Origin: Eledone cirrhosa
Lineage: Eukaryota
Length of the DNA: 64,000 nucleotides
Assembly (NCBI GenBank): GCA_964016885.1
Contig: OZ024741.1
Coordinates: 97,154,001-97,218,000, forward strand
Direction: 5' to 3'
In this document: positions 42,569 through 54,760 of the stretch, one piece after another
How positions within the stretch are numbered: position 1 is the first letter of the stretch
How the letters are laid out: each line of letters starts with the position of its first letter
Notes under the pieces: generated by a model
What the model was told of the DNA's origin: nothing
Database searches by the model: none
The model's input: only the letters and a program-made list of their open reading frames with translations
Made by a program: the position numbers and the translations under genes

Positions 42569-42963
42569 TATAGTTATAGAGGTATTTATTTACGCCTTAA
42601 TTTATATTTTTAATTATCGTGTCTATATTCTGCCTTTCATAGGTTATAGATTCCATACACTGGTGGTTTTTCCCTGTTTTATTGATGGCGCACTGTATCT
42701 ATCTCTGGTGTGTTACCTTTTCAACATATAGTATTTTAAGTTCAACTATCTGGCAGATGGGTAAACGGTGCTGATGATAGCTAACAAGCTTGAAACTAGT
42801 ACATCGTTCCTGTGTCAGTGTTGAACAAAAAGGTGACGTGGTTGCATTAACACCGTATGGCATAAATTCAGGCTGTTCAGTTTGTTGACAAACGAACAAA
42901 GCGGCGTTATAATAAGCGTCCGCTAAACTGATGCGTGCATATATGTATGTGTACCTGTATGTA

Positions 42964-43033
<70 letters not shown>

Positions 43034-43253
43034 TGCTACTGTACGTCTGTATACATATATGTATGTACGTATACATACATACTTACATTTAAGTAAGTGC
43101 CATACTAAGAGTGAGAAATGAAATTTCGTTTTCATTTTTTTCAACCTATATATATATATATATATATACATATATACATATATATATATATACATATATA
43201 TATATACACATATATACATAATCATATATACATATACACACATACACACACAG

Positions 43254-43291
<38 letters not shown>

Positions 43292-43313
43292 GTATATATA
43301 TATAGATAGATAG

Positions 43314-43385
43314 ATAGTATTAGCAACTGGAAAAACCAATGGAAATGTTATTTTCCTCGTTCCGATTTGACGAGCTATATATATA

Positions 43386-43456
<71 letters not shown>

Positions 43457-44706
43457 TAATAATAATAAAATTGAAGACTAAAATCCAGAGAGGGCTCGAT
43501 AAGGAAAATATATATCAAATATATAAGAACCGAAGAGCAAATATTTATTAAAATAACAGATTAAAGTTTAAGCAAAGAATCGCTGCTTTCACCCTTAACG
43601 GGATCTTCTGAAACTAACAAAGTCAATCTGTAAACGCAGAACTGGATATTTCAAAAAACGTTGCAACCGGAGGAAGACAGGAAGACGATACTTTGGGTCA
43701 TGGTGACGTTCGCTGGCAAAGAACGGAAAAAAAAACGAATAATACGTCATTAATAGGAGCGGTGAAAAACAATTACGTGCAAGGACAGAACCACGTTTAT
43801 GGTATAAAAGAGGTCGTAGACTAATGTTCTCTAAGTGGTGCATAGAGACGTTCTCTGGCAATGAACGAAAAAACGAAGATAATAAGTCATATGTGGAGCG
43901 TGGAGAACAATAGCGTGCAAAGACAAAACCACGTAAATGGTATAGCAGAAGTCGTAGACTAAAATTCTAACTAGGAGACCGAATGAATCTCCGCTACAGA
44001 GTTAAGAACAAAGTAAATAAATACATTACAGAAGTAATAGGAACAAATAAATACATACACGCAAACAGATACGTACATACACAAGCATACGCAAAACCTT
44101 ACCATAGGTATACAAAACCACGCAATATAAATATGTGTATGTGTGTATGCTTGTGTATAAATAAATAAATAATTATATAAACGTATATAAGTAAATAAAT
44201 ACGTATATAACAAGCGCACACACATACCTACAAATAAATACATGAAGGTTCGGAGACGCTCCACATATGACTTATTATCTTCGTTTTTTCGTTCATTGCC
44301 AGAGAACGTCTCTATGCACCACTTAGAGAACATTAGTCTACGACCTCTTTTATACCATAAACGTGGTTCTGTCCTTGCACGTAATTGTTTTTCACCGCTC
44401 CTATTAATTACGTATAATTCGTTTTTTTTCCCGTTCTTTGCCAGCGAACGTCACCATGACCCAAAGTATCGTCTTCCTGTCTTCCTCCGGTTGCAACGTT
44501 TTTTGAAATATCGAGTTCTGCGTTTACAGATTGACTTTGTTAGTTTCAGAAGATCCCGTTAAGGGTGAAAGCAGCGATTCTTTGCTTAAACTTTAATCTG
44601 TTATTTTAATAAATATATATATATTATATATATATATATAGCTCGTCAAATCGGAACGAGGAAATAGTATTTCCATTGGTTTTTTCCAGTTGCTAATACT
44701 ATCTAG
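43314..44706. mobile_element. Nested fold-back element with variant hammerheads in both arms
   Basis: Outer arms 43314-43380/44637-44706; inner arms 43541-43901/44256-44616 are near-identical. Confidence 0.88.
44527..44600 (+). ncRNA. Variant type I hammerhead (CAGAAGA core); inverted twin at about 43556-43630
   Basis: CAGAUU..AGUUU-CAGAAGA-U-CCC-GUUAA-GGG-U-GAAA-GCA..UGC-UU-AAACU..AAUCUG. Confidence 0.62.
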
Positions 44707-44734
44707 CAGTTGTAAATCTAAACAGAAGAAGCAA

Positions 44735-44800
44735 CTTGGACTAAAGTGTCTTGCATAACACATAGTCCGGTGCGGGAATCAAACTCACAACCACACAATT
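44735..44800 (-). mobile_element. Fragment of a second tRNA-derived (CORE-like) SINE
   Basis: Minus strand GTGAGTTTGATTCCCGCACCGG..GCAAGACACTTTA. Confidence 0.4.
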
Positions 44801-45141
44801 TCGAAACCATCGTTAAGCGAATGAGTTCAGAGATCTTGACAAGCGAATCTATATATAGATACATCCTCTTATGCAGCTGAGGGCTGGGAGCAAAGAGTAC
44901 TATCTTCCGAAATAGAGTTTAAATGTTCGTTTTATTATGGTATAATAGTCTTGTTATTCAGGAATTTCGTATGCTTGGATGTGCGTGTGTGTATAGATGG
45001 AGGTATGACTCAAGGGTTCAATGTGTTGCTTTGCATCCCGTGATTTCGTGTTCATTCACGATTTGTGCGACATCTTTTTTTATATAGCTGTAATATCTGA
45101 GTGAAACTAGTTACATTAAAATTATTATGAAACGAGCTACT

Positions 45142-45195
<54 letters not shown>

Positions 45196-45198
45196 GAG

Positions 45199-45235
<37 letters not shown>

Positions 45236-45337
45236 TATATATATAAAGATATTAATAAATGGAAACTATATATATAAAAGCATATTTATTCTATTATATA
45301 TATTTCAATGGTACCAACACTTTGATATCCCGTTGCT

Positions 45338-45434
<97 letters not shown>

Positions 45435-45628
45435 TTGAGGACGCGCGTTTCACCAATAATCATATATATATATATATATATATATACAGTATTTATGTAT
45501 CTAGAGAGAGAAAAAAAGGGGAGGATAGGTGATACATATAATTATTTGCCAAGTAGCGTATGCCAAAGGTGCTCGATACTAGTGCCGGCATATATATTTA
45601 GTGGGCTAGAGAGTTAGCAGAGCGTAAG

Positions 45629-47612
45629 CACGTGGGAAAGTAAGAAATCGGAGAATAGACCATTAAAACATGTTTATTTAAAGCACCACCTACGTACGTT
45701 TGGCCCAGTTGGGCTTCTCAAGGGCATAAAGAACCAAAATTGTTCCTTACATTGCTCGAAAATAATTTTTGGGGTTAAATTCACGTCAAGGTTCGTTGCT
45801 CGCAAAAATAGCTTGTTTTGATTTTGCAGCAGGTCAAGGGAGGTAACTCTGGCCGGTGTTAGGGCAGTCTTTCCCGGGCAAATTTTTATCCGCTACAAGT
45901 TGAGGTTACAACCTTACCATTGTCGATACGCACAGGGTCATGTAACCAACGTTTATTTTCAGACGTCTGTTTTTCCGCATCTGTTTGTCTGAGTCGTTTG
46001 AGGCTGGGTCTGGTATGCAAGCTTAGTTTCCTGGGTGTTATTTTGAAGCGCCTGCCAGCCGGGGTGTTAAGACTTGTTGCAGGGTGATCCAGTGCACGGT
46101 TTCACTCCTCATCCTTAACCCATCTGAAGAAGGATATTTTTAAGCGATGTGTACAACTTATCGCTGATTCAGCTCTGCTGTTGATGAGCTCGTGGTGTGC
46201 AGTTATGATGTGGTAGAGCTCCATGAGGCAAAGATCGCATTTCCTCTTGAAGTTGTACCATGCAGCCCTGCCGACAATATCCCAGAGCGCGGAGAAGCTG
46301 ATGTTTAAGTCCTTAAGTGATGTGATGTAGTCCGCGAACGAAGTGGAGTGTCTTAGTTTTTTATTTGTGAAAGAGTGGAGATGTGTTAGAAACCTAATTT
46401 TGAACGGGCCGGAGGTAGACCCTATATAATGTTTAACGCTATTGTGGCTAGTTACAGTGCATCTATATATAACCCTATCAGTCAAGCAGTATCCTCTAAC
46501 GTGGCAGCGTCCTCTATCGCGGCAGTTGCAGTTTCTGTCGCGGTTCCATCTATTTCCCACGGTAAGTCTATCATTGTTGCTGCCTACGTTCTTACCTACG
46601 CTCCCGCAGCTGTCCTTAGCACCATTACTACCCACAGCACACGGGGTGGTGCGATTGTTATTCCGCACGTCATGTCCTGCATGTTCCCCAGTCATTTCGC
46701 GGTTATGCTGGTTGCATCTGCGAAGGCCGTTGCCAGCACTATTGGATGCTGCTAGGGAGTTGTTAAGGCCGATATAGTTATTGTCAGGTGTAGGTGCATC
46801 TGTGTCGAGGTGCTGTGTCTTGGTGATCTTACTGTGGTTCGTTGTTCCTATGATGTCTGCTAGGTTAGGAGTAGTAGAGAAGGATAATTTTATATTGTTC
46901 CTATTAAGAATTTTTCTATACCTATGGTTGGGCGGGAAGTTCTTCTCTAAGGCTTCGAAGAACATCCGGGATATGTTGGAGGCCAGAATCCGAGAGTAGG
47001 GAGGGGGTAGAACCATAGGACGTTACGGTGGCGATTACGTGTCCTTGTACGTTTGATACGGGTGGTTCCATCTAGGTGACCGCTCTTATGTGTGTTAATG
47101 CGCCGTAACTCGTTAGGTGCACCTTTCACTTTATGCTCGGGTGCACTCTTCTTCCCTCTTCCATGTTTATGTACAGGAAGGTGTTGGTTGGAAGGCGTTG
47201 GTAGTAGGGCGTCGCCTTTGTTGGTTTTGTAATAGGGGAATAGTTTGAGTAATCTACAGTGGTCACCGTCGCCGGGGTCGTGATCTTTAGTGCGATTATC
47301 TATTCTATTATATCCGACTTCAACGAGGTCGGCGCGTGATCGGTTATAGGTATGGCTTACTATAACATTCGTTTTATGAGGGGGGTGGTTTCCAGAGCTA
47401 GCGTTAGGGATGTAGGACATTCCTCGGTTAAAGCCGGCGCTTATCAAGGCCCTATTGTAGTAATCTGCTGCTTGGTTGAAGATATCCTCATTGGCGGATA
47501 GCCTCGAGATTCTATGTGAGATACTGTAGACTATGGAGTTGAGAGTCTGCTTAGGGTGGTTGTCGGCATAATTAATATAAGAGAGGCAGTCTCCAGGCTT
47601 ATGGTATGGCTT
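45629..47612 (-). mobile_element. 5'-truncated Penelope-like element, left arm of palindrome
   Basis: ORFs 46947-47636 and 46102-47016: PYHKP..NHP..RISRLSANEDIF..YNRAL..WF.PPYS..NRNNIKLSFS..CNCR..C..C..VIYRC..HYIGST..RFLTH..CDLCLME..CTH. Confidence 0.93.
46102..47016 (-). pseudogene. PLE C-terminal GIY-YIG endonuclease region (open but 5'-frameshifted)
   Basis: VIY..YIG motif, RF..H, CxxC..E, LIN, CxH. Confidence 0.88.
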
Positions 47613-47615
47613 GCA

Positions 47616-49540
47616 TAAGCAGACTCTCAACTCCATAGTCTATAGTATCTCACATAGAATCTCGAGGCTATCCGCCAATGAGGATATCTTCAACCAAGCT
47701 GCAGATTACTACAATAGGGCCTTGATAAGCGCCGGCTTTAACCGAGGAATTTCCTTCATCCCTAACGCTAGCTCTGGAAACCACCCCCCTCATAAAACGA
47801 ACGTTATAGTAAGCCATACCTATAACCGATCACGCGGTGACCTCGTTGAAGTCGGATATATTAGAATAGATAACCGCACTAAAGATCACGACCCCGGCGA
47901 CGGTGACCACTCTAGATTACGCGAACTATTCCCCTATTACAAAACCAACAAAGGCGACGGCCTACTACCAGCGCCTTCCAACCAACACCTTCCTGTACAT
48001 AAACATGGTAGAGGGAAGAAGAGTGCACTCGAGCATAAAGTGAAAGGGGCACCTAACGGGCTACGGCGCATTAACACACATAAGAGCGGTCACCTAGATG
48101 GAACCACTCGTAGCAAACGTACAAGGACACGTAATCGCCACCGTAACGTCCTATGGTTCCCCCCCCCCCCTACCCTCGGAGTGTGGCCTCCAACATACCC
48201 CGGATGTTCTTCGAAGCCTTAGAGAAGAACTTCCCGCCCAACCATAGATATAGAAAAATTCTTAATAGGAACAATATAAAATGATCTTTCTCTACTACTC
48301 CTAACCTAGCAGACATCATAGGAACAACTAACCACAGTAAGTTAACCAAGACACAGCACCTCGACACAGACACACCTACACCTGACAATAACTATATCGG
48401 CCTTAACAGCTCTCTAGCAGCATCCAATAGTGCTGGCAACAGCCTCCGCAGACGCAACCAGCATAACTGCGAAATGACTGGGGAACATGCAGGACATGAC
48501 GTGCGGAATAACAATCGCACCACCCCGTGTACTGTGGGTTGTAATGGTGCTAAGGACAGCTGCGGGAGCGTAGGTAAGAACGTAGGCAGCAACAATGATA
48601 GACTTACCGTGGGAAATAGATGGAACCGCGACAGAAACTGCAACTGCCGCGATAGAGGACGCTGCCGCGTTAGAGGATACTGCTTGACTGATAGGGTTAT
48701 ATATAGATGCACTGTAACTAGCCACAATAGCTTTAAACATTATATAGGGTCTACCTCCGGCCCGTTCAAAATTAGGTTTCTAACACATCTCCACTCTTTC
48801 ACAAATAAAAAACTAAGACACCCCACTTCGTTCGCGGACTACTTCACATCACTAAAGGACTTAAACATCAGCTTCTCCGCGCTCTGGGATATTGTCGGCA
48901 AGGCTGCATGGTACAACTTCAAGAGGAAATGCGATCTTTGCCTCATGGAGCTCTACCACATCCTAACTGCACCCCACGAGCTCATCAACAGCAGAGCTGA
49001 AACAGCGATAAGCTGTACACATCGCTTAAAAATTTCCCTCTTCAGATGGGTTAAGGATGAGGAGTGAAACCGTGCACCGGATCTCCCTGCAACAAGTCTT
49101 AACACCCCGGCGGGCAGGCGCTGCAAAATAACACCCAGGAAACTAACTTTGCATACCAGACCCAATCTCAAATGATTCAGACAAACAGATGCGGAAAAAC
49201 AAACGTCTCAAAATAAGCGTTAGTTATATGACCCTGTGCGTATCGACAATGGTAAGGTTGTAACCTCATCTTATAGCGGATAAAAATTTGTCCGGGAAAG
49301 ACTGCCCTATCACCGACCAAAGTTACCTCCCTTGACCTGCTGCAAAATCAAAACAAGCTATTTTTGCGAGCAATGAACCTTGACGTGTATTTAACCCCAA
49401 AAATTCTTTCCGAGCAATGTAAGGAACAATTTTGGTTATTTATGTCCTTGAGAAGCCCAACCAGGCGAAACGTACGTAGGTGCTGTTTTATACAAACATG
49501 TTTTAACGGTCTATTCTCCGATTTCTTACTTTCCCGCGTG
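47616..49540 (+). mobile_element. 5'-truncated Penelope-like element, right arm of palindrome
   Basis: Reverse complement of 45629-47553 with scattered substitutions; ORFs 47611-48222 and 48474-49067. Confidence 0.93.
49446..49480 (+). ncRNA. Minimal hammerhead with compensatory U3-A8 core
   Basis: CC-UUGAGAA-GCC-CAACCA-GGC-GAAA-CGUACG-UA-GG; palindromic stem III. The left-arm copy has GAAA changed to CAAA. Confidence 0.78.
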
Positions 49541-50403
49541 TATATATATATATATATATATATGCCACACATAGGCATAGACATTCCTCGCTTACATATA
49601 GCCTTAATTGATAATGGATGTCATCGGAAATGTAGGGACTAATACTATTTTGAAGATAAGATCATCTCTGATTCTCTTCGTCTTTCTCCACATTTTGAGG
49701 TTTTAATATTTACAATCTGATTTGCATCGTTGAATGTTCTAAATCATAACCAATATGTATATCAAGGCATAATCACTAAGTCCAATTGCCTTACAAAGAA
49801 AATTTGCAACGTGCCGAAACTCAGTACAGGTATTTCATTAGTTCTTTTGTTTTGAAATATTGATTTAAACATCGCATAATTACATTTCCTGTGACACTTA
49901 TAGCCGTACAGTGGTTGCAACACATCACGATACCTATGAATGTAGTCTCTCGACTGGATTACCTCACGAAACATAAAATACTCTGATGTAATATTGCATT
50001 ACAGAGTGTCAGGCGAATAACATTGGTCGAATAAATACATCGGTAGATTTACTTCTTTTGTCATGTGTAGTGAACTATATTGAAAAAGAATCTTCCAGAT
50101 GTTAACACTGATTGTGGTAACTTTGATTTTTGGACCATATATCTGTATAATTCTCTAAGCGGTGATAATATAATTTTCTGTCATTTGCTTCACGATTATC
50201 GATTATCTTTCATTTGGACCAATGAGAAGAGTCACACAACATTCCAATGCATTCTCAAAACACGAGATTGCTAATATTTATCGATTCTAAAAATCCTTAG
50301 ACACTACCATTTGTAAATGTTTCTAAACAATTCCATTTTCTTTGAAATTACTTCCTGTAATACTTTGAAGCTTGTAGTGCTACTGTCGCTGTTCCTTCGT
50401 CGA

Positions 50404-50474
<71 letters not shown>

Positions 50475-50903
50475 TAAATATAAAATCTTCTAATGATACT
50501 ATAAAGACAAATACATTACTACTATTATTTTACGAATAAACTACCTCGATTAAATCCCTTATAATTTCTGCTGCTACCAAAATATCACCACTAAGCAAAT
50601 TGTCAGTGCGCTGCTTATGATGATGCGTCAGCTGTTCGTTGAACCTGTTACGGCAGCTGCATTCTTTTGCCAGCTTAATTTGAAAGGAAATGTTAAGTCG
50701 TGGATTCAAAGCAGAATCGAACTTATTCATTGTACAGGAATGAAATGGATCAGGATTCCAGGTTATTTGGGTCACTGTGACATACTGGGTCAAAGTGATA
50801 TTTCCGCTAATGGAATAACGGTATTTTAATCTCTTGGTTGCATTTAAGTTATCAATAGGAATCTGCGTATCATATACAAATAATATATAATTATATATAT
50901 AAA

Positions 50904-51012
<109 letters not shown>

Positions 51013-51307
51013 CAGATTGATATATAGATAGATAGATAGGTAGGTAGATACATACGCACAAATATATATATTTATACATGTGTATGAGAGTAGGTCTGTG
51101 TATGAGTATGTGTTTGTGAGAGAGAGAGAGTTAGTCAATAGTTAAGTGTGTAATTACAGTTACAGGCATTTTGCGTTCGATATTTGATGAGATTTCGAGA
51201 GAGTCTGGCCCCGTTCATTATAACTGTCATCTGAGTGGATCCATATTTAAACGTTTGTAATATTCCAACAATGTTTATGCTGCAACAGTGTCTTCTATCC
51301 TTCTTAC

Positions 51308-51366
<59 letters not shown>

Positions 51367-51380
51367 TGTGTGTGTGTGTG

Positions 51381-51468
<88 letters not shown>

Positions 51469-51547
51469 GTGAGAGTCAGTGGTTATGCGTGCCTGTATGT
51501 GAGTATCTGTTTCTTGATTATGTCAACATTTATAAAACACACTTTGG

Positions 51548-51606
51548 ATTTTAACTGATGAAAGCGTACCAAAGTGTTGGTACTCTTGAAATATATATAA
51601 TAGAAT
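51548..51606 (+). ncRNA. Hammerhead-like motif in a short repeat (partial inverted copy at about 45252-45330)
   Basis: CUGAUGA-AAG-c-GUACCAA-AGUG-UUGGUAC-u-CUU-GAAA-UAUAUA-UA; stem I has a proximal mismatch. Confidence 0.65.
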
Positions 51607-51744
51607 AAATATGGTTTTATAAATATAGTTTCCATTTATTTAATATCATTGAATATTATATTCCAGAAATATTTGTCGAGTGCTCTGAATCAGTTATAAA
51701 CATTTATATTTGCTGAATTACCAACAAATTGAATATCCCTTTTG

Positions 51745-51781
<37 letters not shown>

Positions 51782-51820
51782 GTAGGTCCCGGGTTGAGTC
51801 GGGGATAACCACAGTAAGTA

Positions 51821-51870
51821 AGTTCCTGAAGATTTCATCTGAATGAAACAGTACTAGTCCTGTAGAAGCT
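51821..51870 (+). ncRNA. Type I hammerhead-like motif
   Basis: UUC-CUGAAGA-U-UUC-AUCU-GAA-U-GAAA-CAG-uacuaguc-CUG-UA-GAA, followed by AAUAAA. Confidence 0.7.
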
Positions 51871-51999
51871 CCTTCTATTAAATAAATATATATATATATT
51901 TGAAAGTCTGGAATCCTAAATGAGAAATATAAGTGTAGCAACAGTCGGTCGCTTGAAATAACAGAGATGAAAATCAATTAATAACTCAGAGTGACAGAA

Positions 52000-54760
52000 A
52001 AATGTGGTCAGCAGCCGTTACATAGAATCTAAATGTGTATTCCACGAATGCCAGGCAAGTTCGAAATCCAGCCTACCACGAATGCCAGCCTACCACGAAA
52101 TCCATTATAATTAAGTGCTATATTAAACAGCTTTTGGCTAGAAATTTCTCTGGAAGGGACTGGTCTGTTGGATTTCGAAGGATGTCCAGAGCATCACCGA
52201 AAATGACGAGCTGCAGAAAGACCCGTGTGACAAATGGCAACACTAACTGTTCACCGTTTTGGAGGTTGGTGTGATGGTGTATCTTCCGACTACGTTTGGG
52301 TTGGGTATCCTCAACAACGACATGCCCAGCTCCCCACGTAGATGGTGCTAGTATCAGTTTGAAACCTGTTCCTTCCTCAAGAAGTTGAAATGCATGTGCT
52401 CCAATTTGGTGAGGCTTGAATGGGTCAATGCACGACAGACAGACAGAAACAGATGGTGGAGGCAGTCACCGCCTGATCTTTCGGAGATAGCTCGCTCTCG
52501 GTAAAGTTCTGGGTGAGATTGGCCATCCTGCTTTTCATCCCTGTTCTCATACACCTGGAGATCTGATGTTATACACCAGATCCCGAACAAATTCACAGGT
52601 CTGTTCTTCCAGCGGCAGTTGACGCTATTGAGTTGCTTATATTTCTTTTTGTCTTGATGACGGCGTCTAGGTATTGATGTTCGACGCTATCGAAAGCTTT
52701 CGAATTATGCTAATTGAACATGATCCAGCGAAGCGTGGTTTACACCCTATACTGTGGTGTATCGCATGGGAGGGAGGCTCGATGTTTGTTATCGGCTTTA
52801 CGCGGCACTAAAAAGCAGTTGCCGAGAGTCGACGAAAGAAATGAAATATGCCACCATATCTGCCACCCCTTTCTCCCCGAAGATTCGTGCAAAGTGCTGG
52901 CGGAAAGACGCTTACATCTGCTTGGAATCCATCAGCGTAAGCCTGTCTCTGTCATCAAAGACCGAATCGATGTTTTGTTGCCTCGCTGCAGCTTTGCGCC
53001 CCGGGCCCATCGAATATCTTTCGTTCCCTCGTTTCTTAAGGCTTGCGCTTTAGCTCTAGCATTACAACCTTCTTGTTTCGCATTGAAGATATGATCTAGT
53101 GCAATTATCGCAGCTATTGCAATGCGACTCTGTTGTTTCTTTTACTTTTACTACTTCCTCCTAAATACAATTAATTCTACTTTACTTGCTCTCGTGAGAT
53201 CGTGCCTCCAGCCCCTGTTATCAACTGCCATTGACAACTTCTGTTTCACTAATATACTAATCAGGTCGCTGCAAACTAAGCGTTGAGGACAACGCATTAA
53301 TCTTCCATTATCCGTGTTCATGTCTAAGTGTTCTATCCTGGTCAACCATGCAGATTCCGAATTGTAGTTTGCATAGGAGGCTGTTTGGAATTATGGATAC
53401 ACTATGCTATGCACATCTATTGATCTAATTCATATATACGAGATATGTAACCCTATGCGCGTGGTCCAGGTCCAAAGTGGTGCATTTGGAAAATTTGGTC
53501 AATATCTGTCAGATAGTTGAAATGCTTGCTCAGGTTCTCGAGGCTTTTGCACTATTCACTTCTATTAGCTACTCCCACACAGTTCAATCCATCATGCGTC
53601 GAAGATGCCATTCCGCTCCCGCACTATCAGTAAAGTGTGAGACGTTGCTAGAAAGTCTTCCAGACGCATGAATATATTCGGACGTCCTGCACATGAGGGC
53701 GCGTAGACGTCCATCAGTCTAAAGGCACCACCTTCACTGTTGCTTGAATCCAAGACCAAATACCGTCTGGGTTCAGTTAGATCGACCGTATCTTGAGATC
53801 CAAGCCTATCTTCAACAGCAATGCCATCCGCCATCCATTCCTGGTCGACTAATAGATACGGAAATCTCATAGCCATAAAATATTAAGGTTAGTGCGCCAG
53901 CGTCGGAAAGCCCTGTCTCACAGGTGGCAGTCACATCTAAAGCTAGCGACATCCAGAACGACTCTAGATCGCTCCAGTCCACGAACATTTATACATCCTA
54001 CTCGTATAATAGCCATGTTGACTGGTTAGTTGAGCATAACAGTGGTGGGATATATACCCTCCCGTTGTTGCTGGAGATCGGCAAGTTCAATCTCTAAATA
54101 TCGTGTGGTTTCCTTTAGGAACCCTTTAAAAGACTACTGGTCATTCATGTATTGGTGGTTCACAACTTATCCGGAAATCTATCCCTAAAGCCTATGTTGG
54201 CACTTAATGACCATTCTTTCTCAATATCTTTTCTTCGTGCTATTAGGGCCATCAGACTTTCGTAGGCCCTTCCTACTAGCACGAAGGTTTGTGTATGTCG
54301 TGTTGTTTGCTGTTGATTTTGTTTCTTTTCGTTTAGTTCTGGCTGGTTGTGTTCGTTGTAGGGATGATGGTGGTTTCGATAGAGGTTGTGTCGTCGGTTG
54401 ATGTGCTGGTGTAGGTGCAGTTGTTGCAGATGTGTTTGTGTTTGTTGTGGGTTTATGCAGGGAGATTTTTCTGATTTTTTGAGTGTACTTATTTTAGTTT
54501 TTGAGGTTTGTCTATTTCCTCTTCTCCATCACTTCGTTATGTAGGCTTTTTTCCGGAATTTTCCCACCTTTGCACAAGTTCATGAATTTAAAGTTCATAT
54601 ATTTGGGCCTTGGGCCTAAATACTCTTGGGAGTCACTTCTTGAGGGCAAAGATTCAGGTCCTATGCTCTCTTTATAACAACATGTTTAAACCCAAAACAA
54701 TATAGATGGATGTACGCAAACAAAACTTACGGAGCGTAAAATTCCGTGGCGTATAGTTCA
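52000..54760 (-). mobile_element. Old Tx1-like element with internal deletions
   Basis: ORF2 start MAIIRVGCINVRGL (ATG about 54016), GAFRLMDVYAPSCAGRP, KAFDSVEHQYL. The 5' end GCTCCGTAAGTTTTG resembles 2033-2048. Confidence 0.82.

Larger units (their letters stand above)
42032..42729. mobile_element. Non-coding fold-back element with two outward-facing hammerheads
   Basis: Arms at about 42032-42268 and 42465-42729 are reverse complements. Confidence 0.88.
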
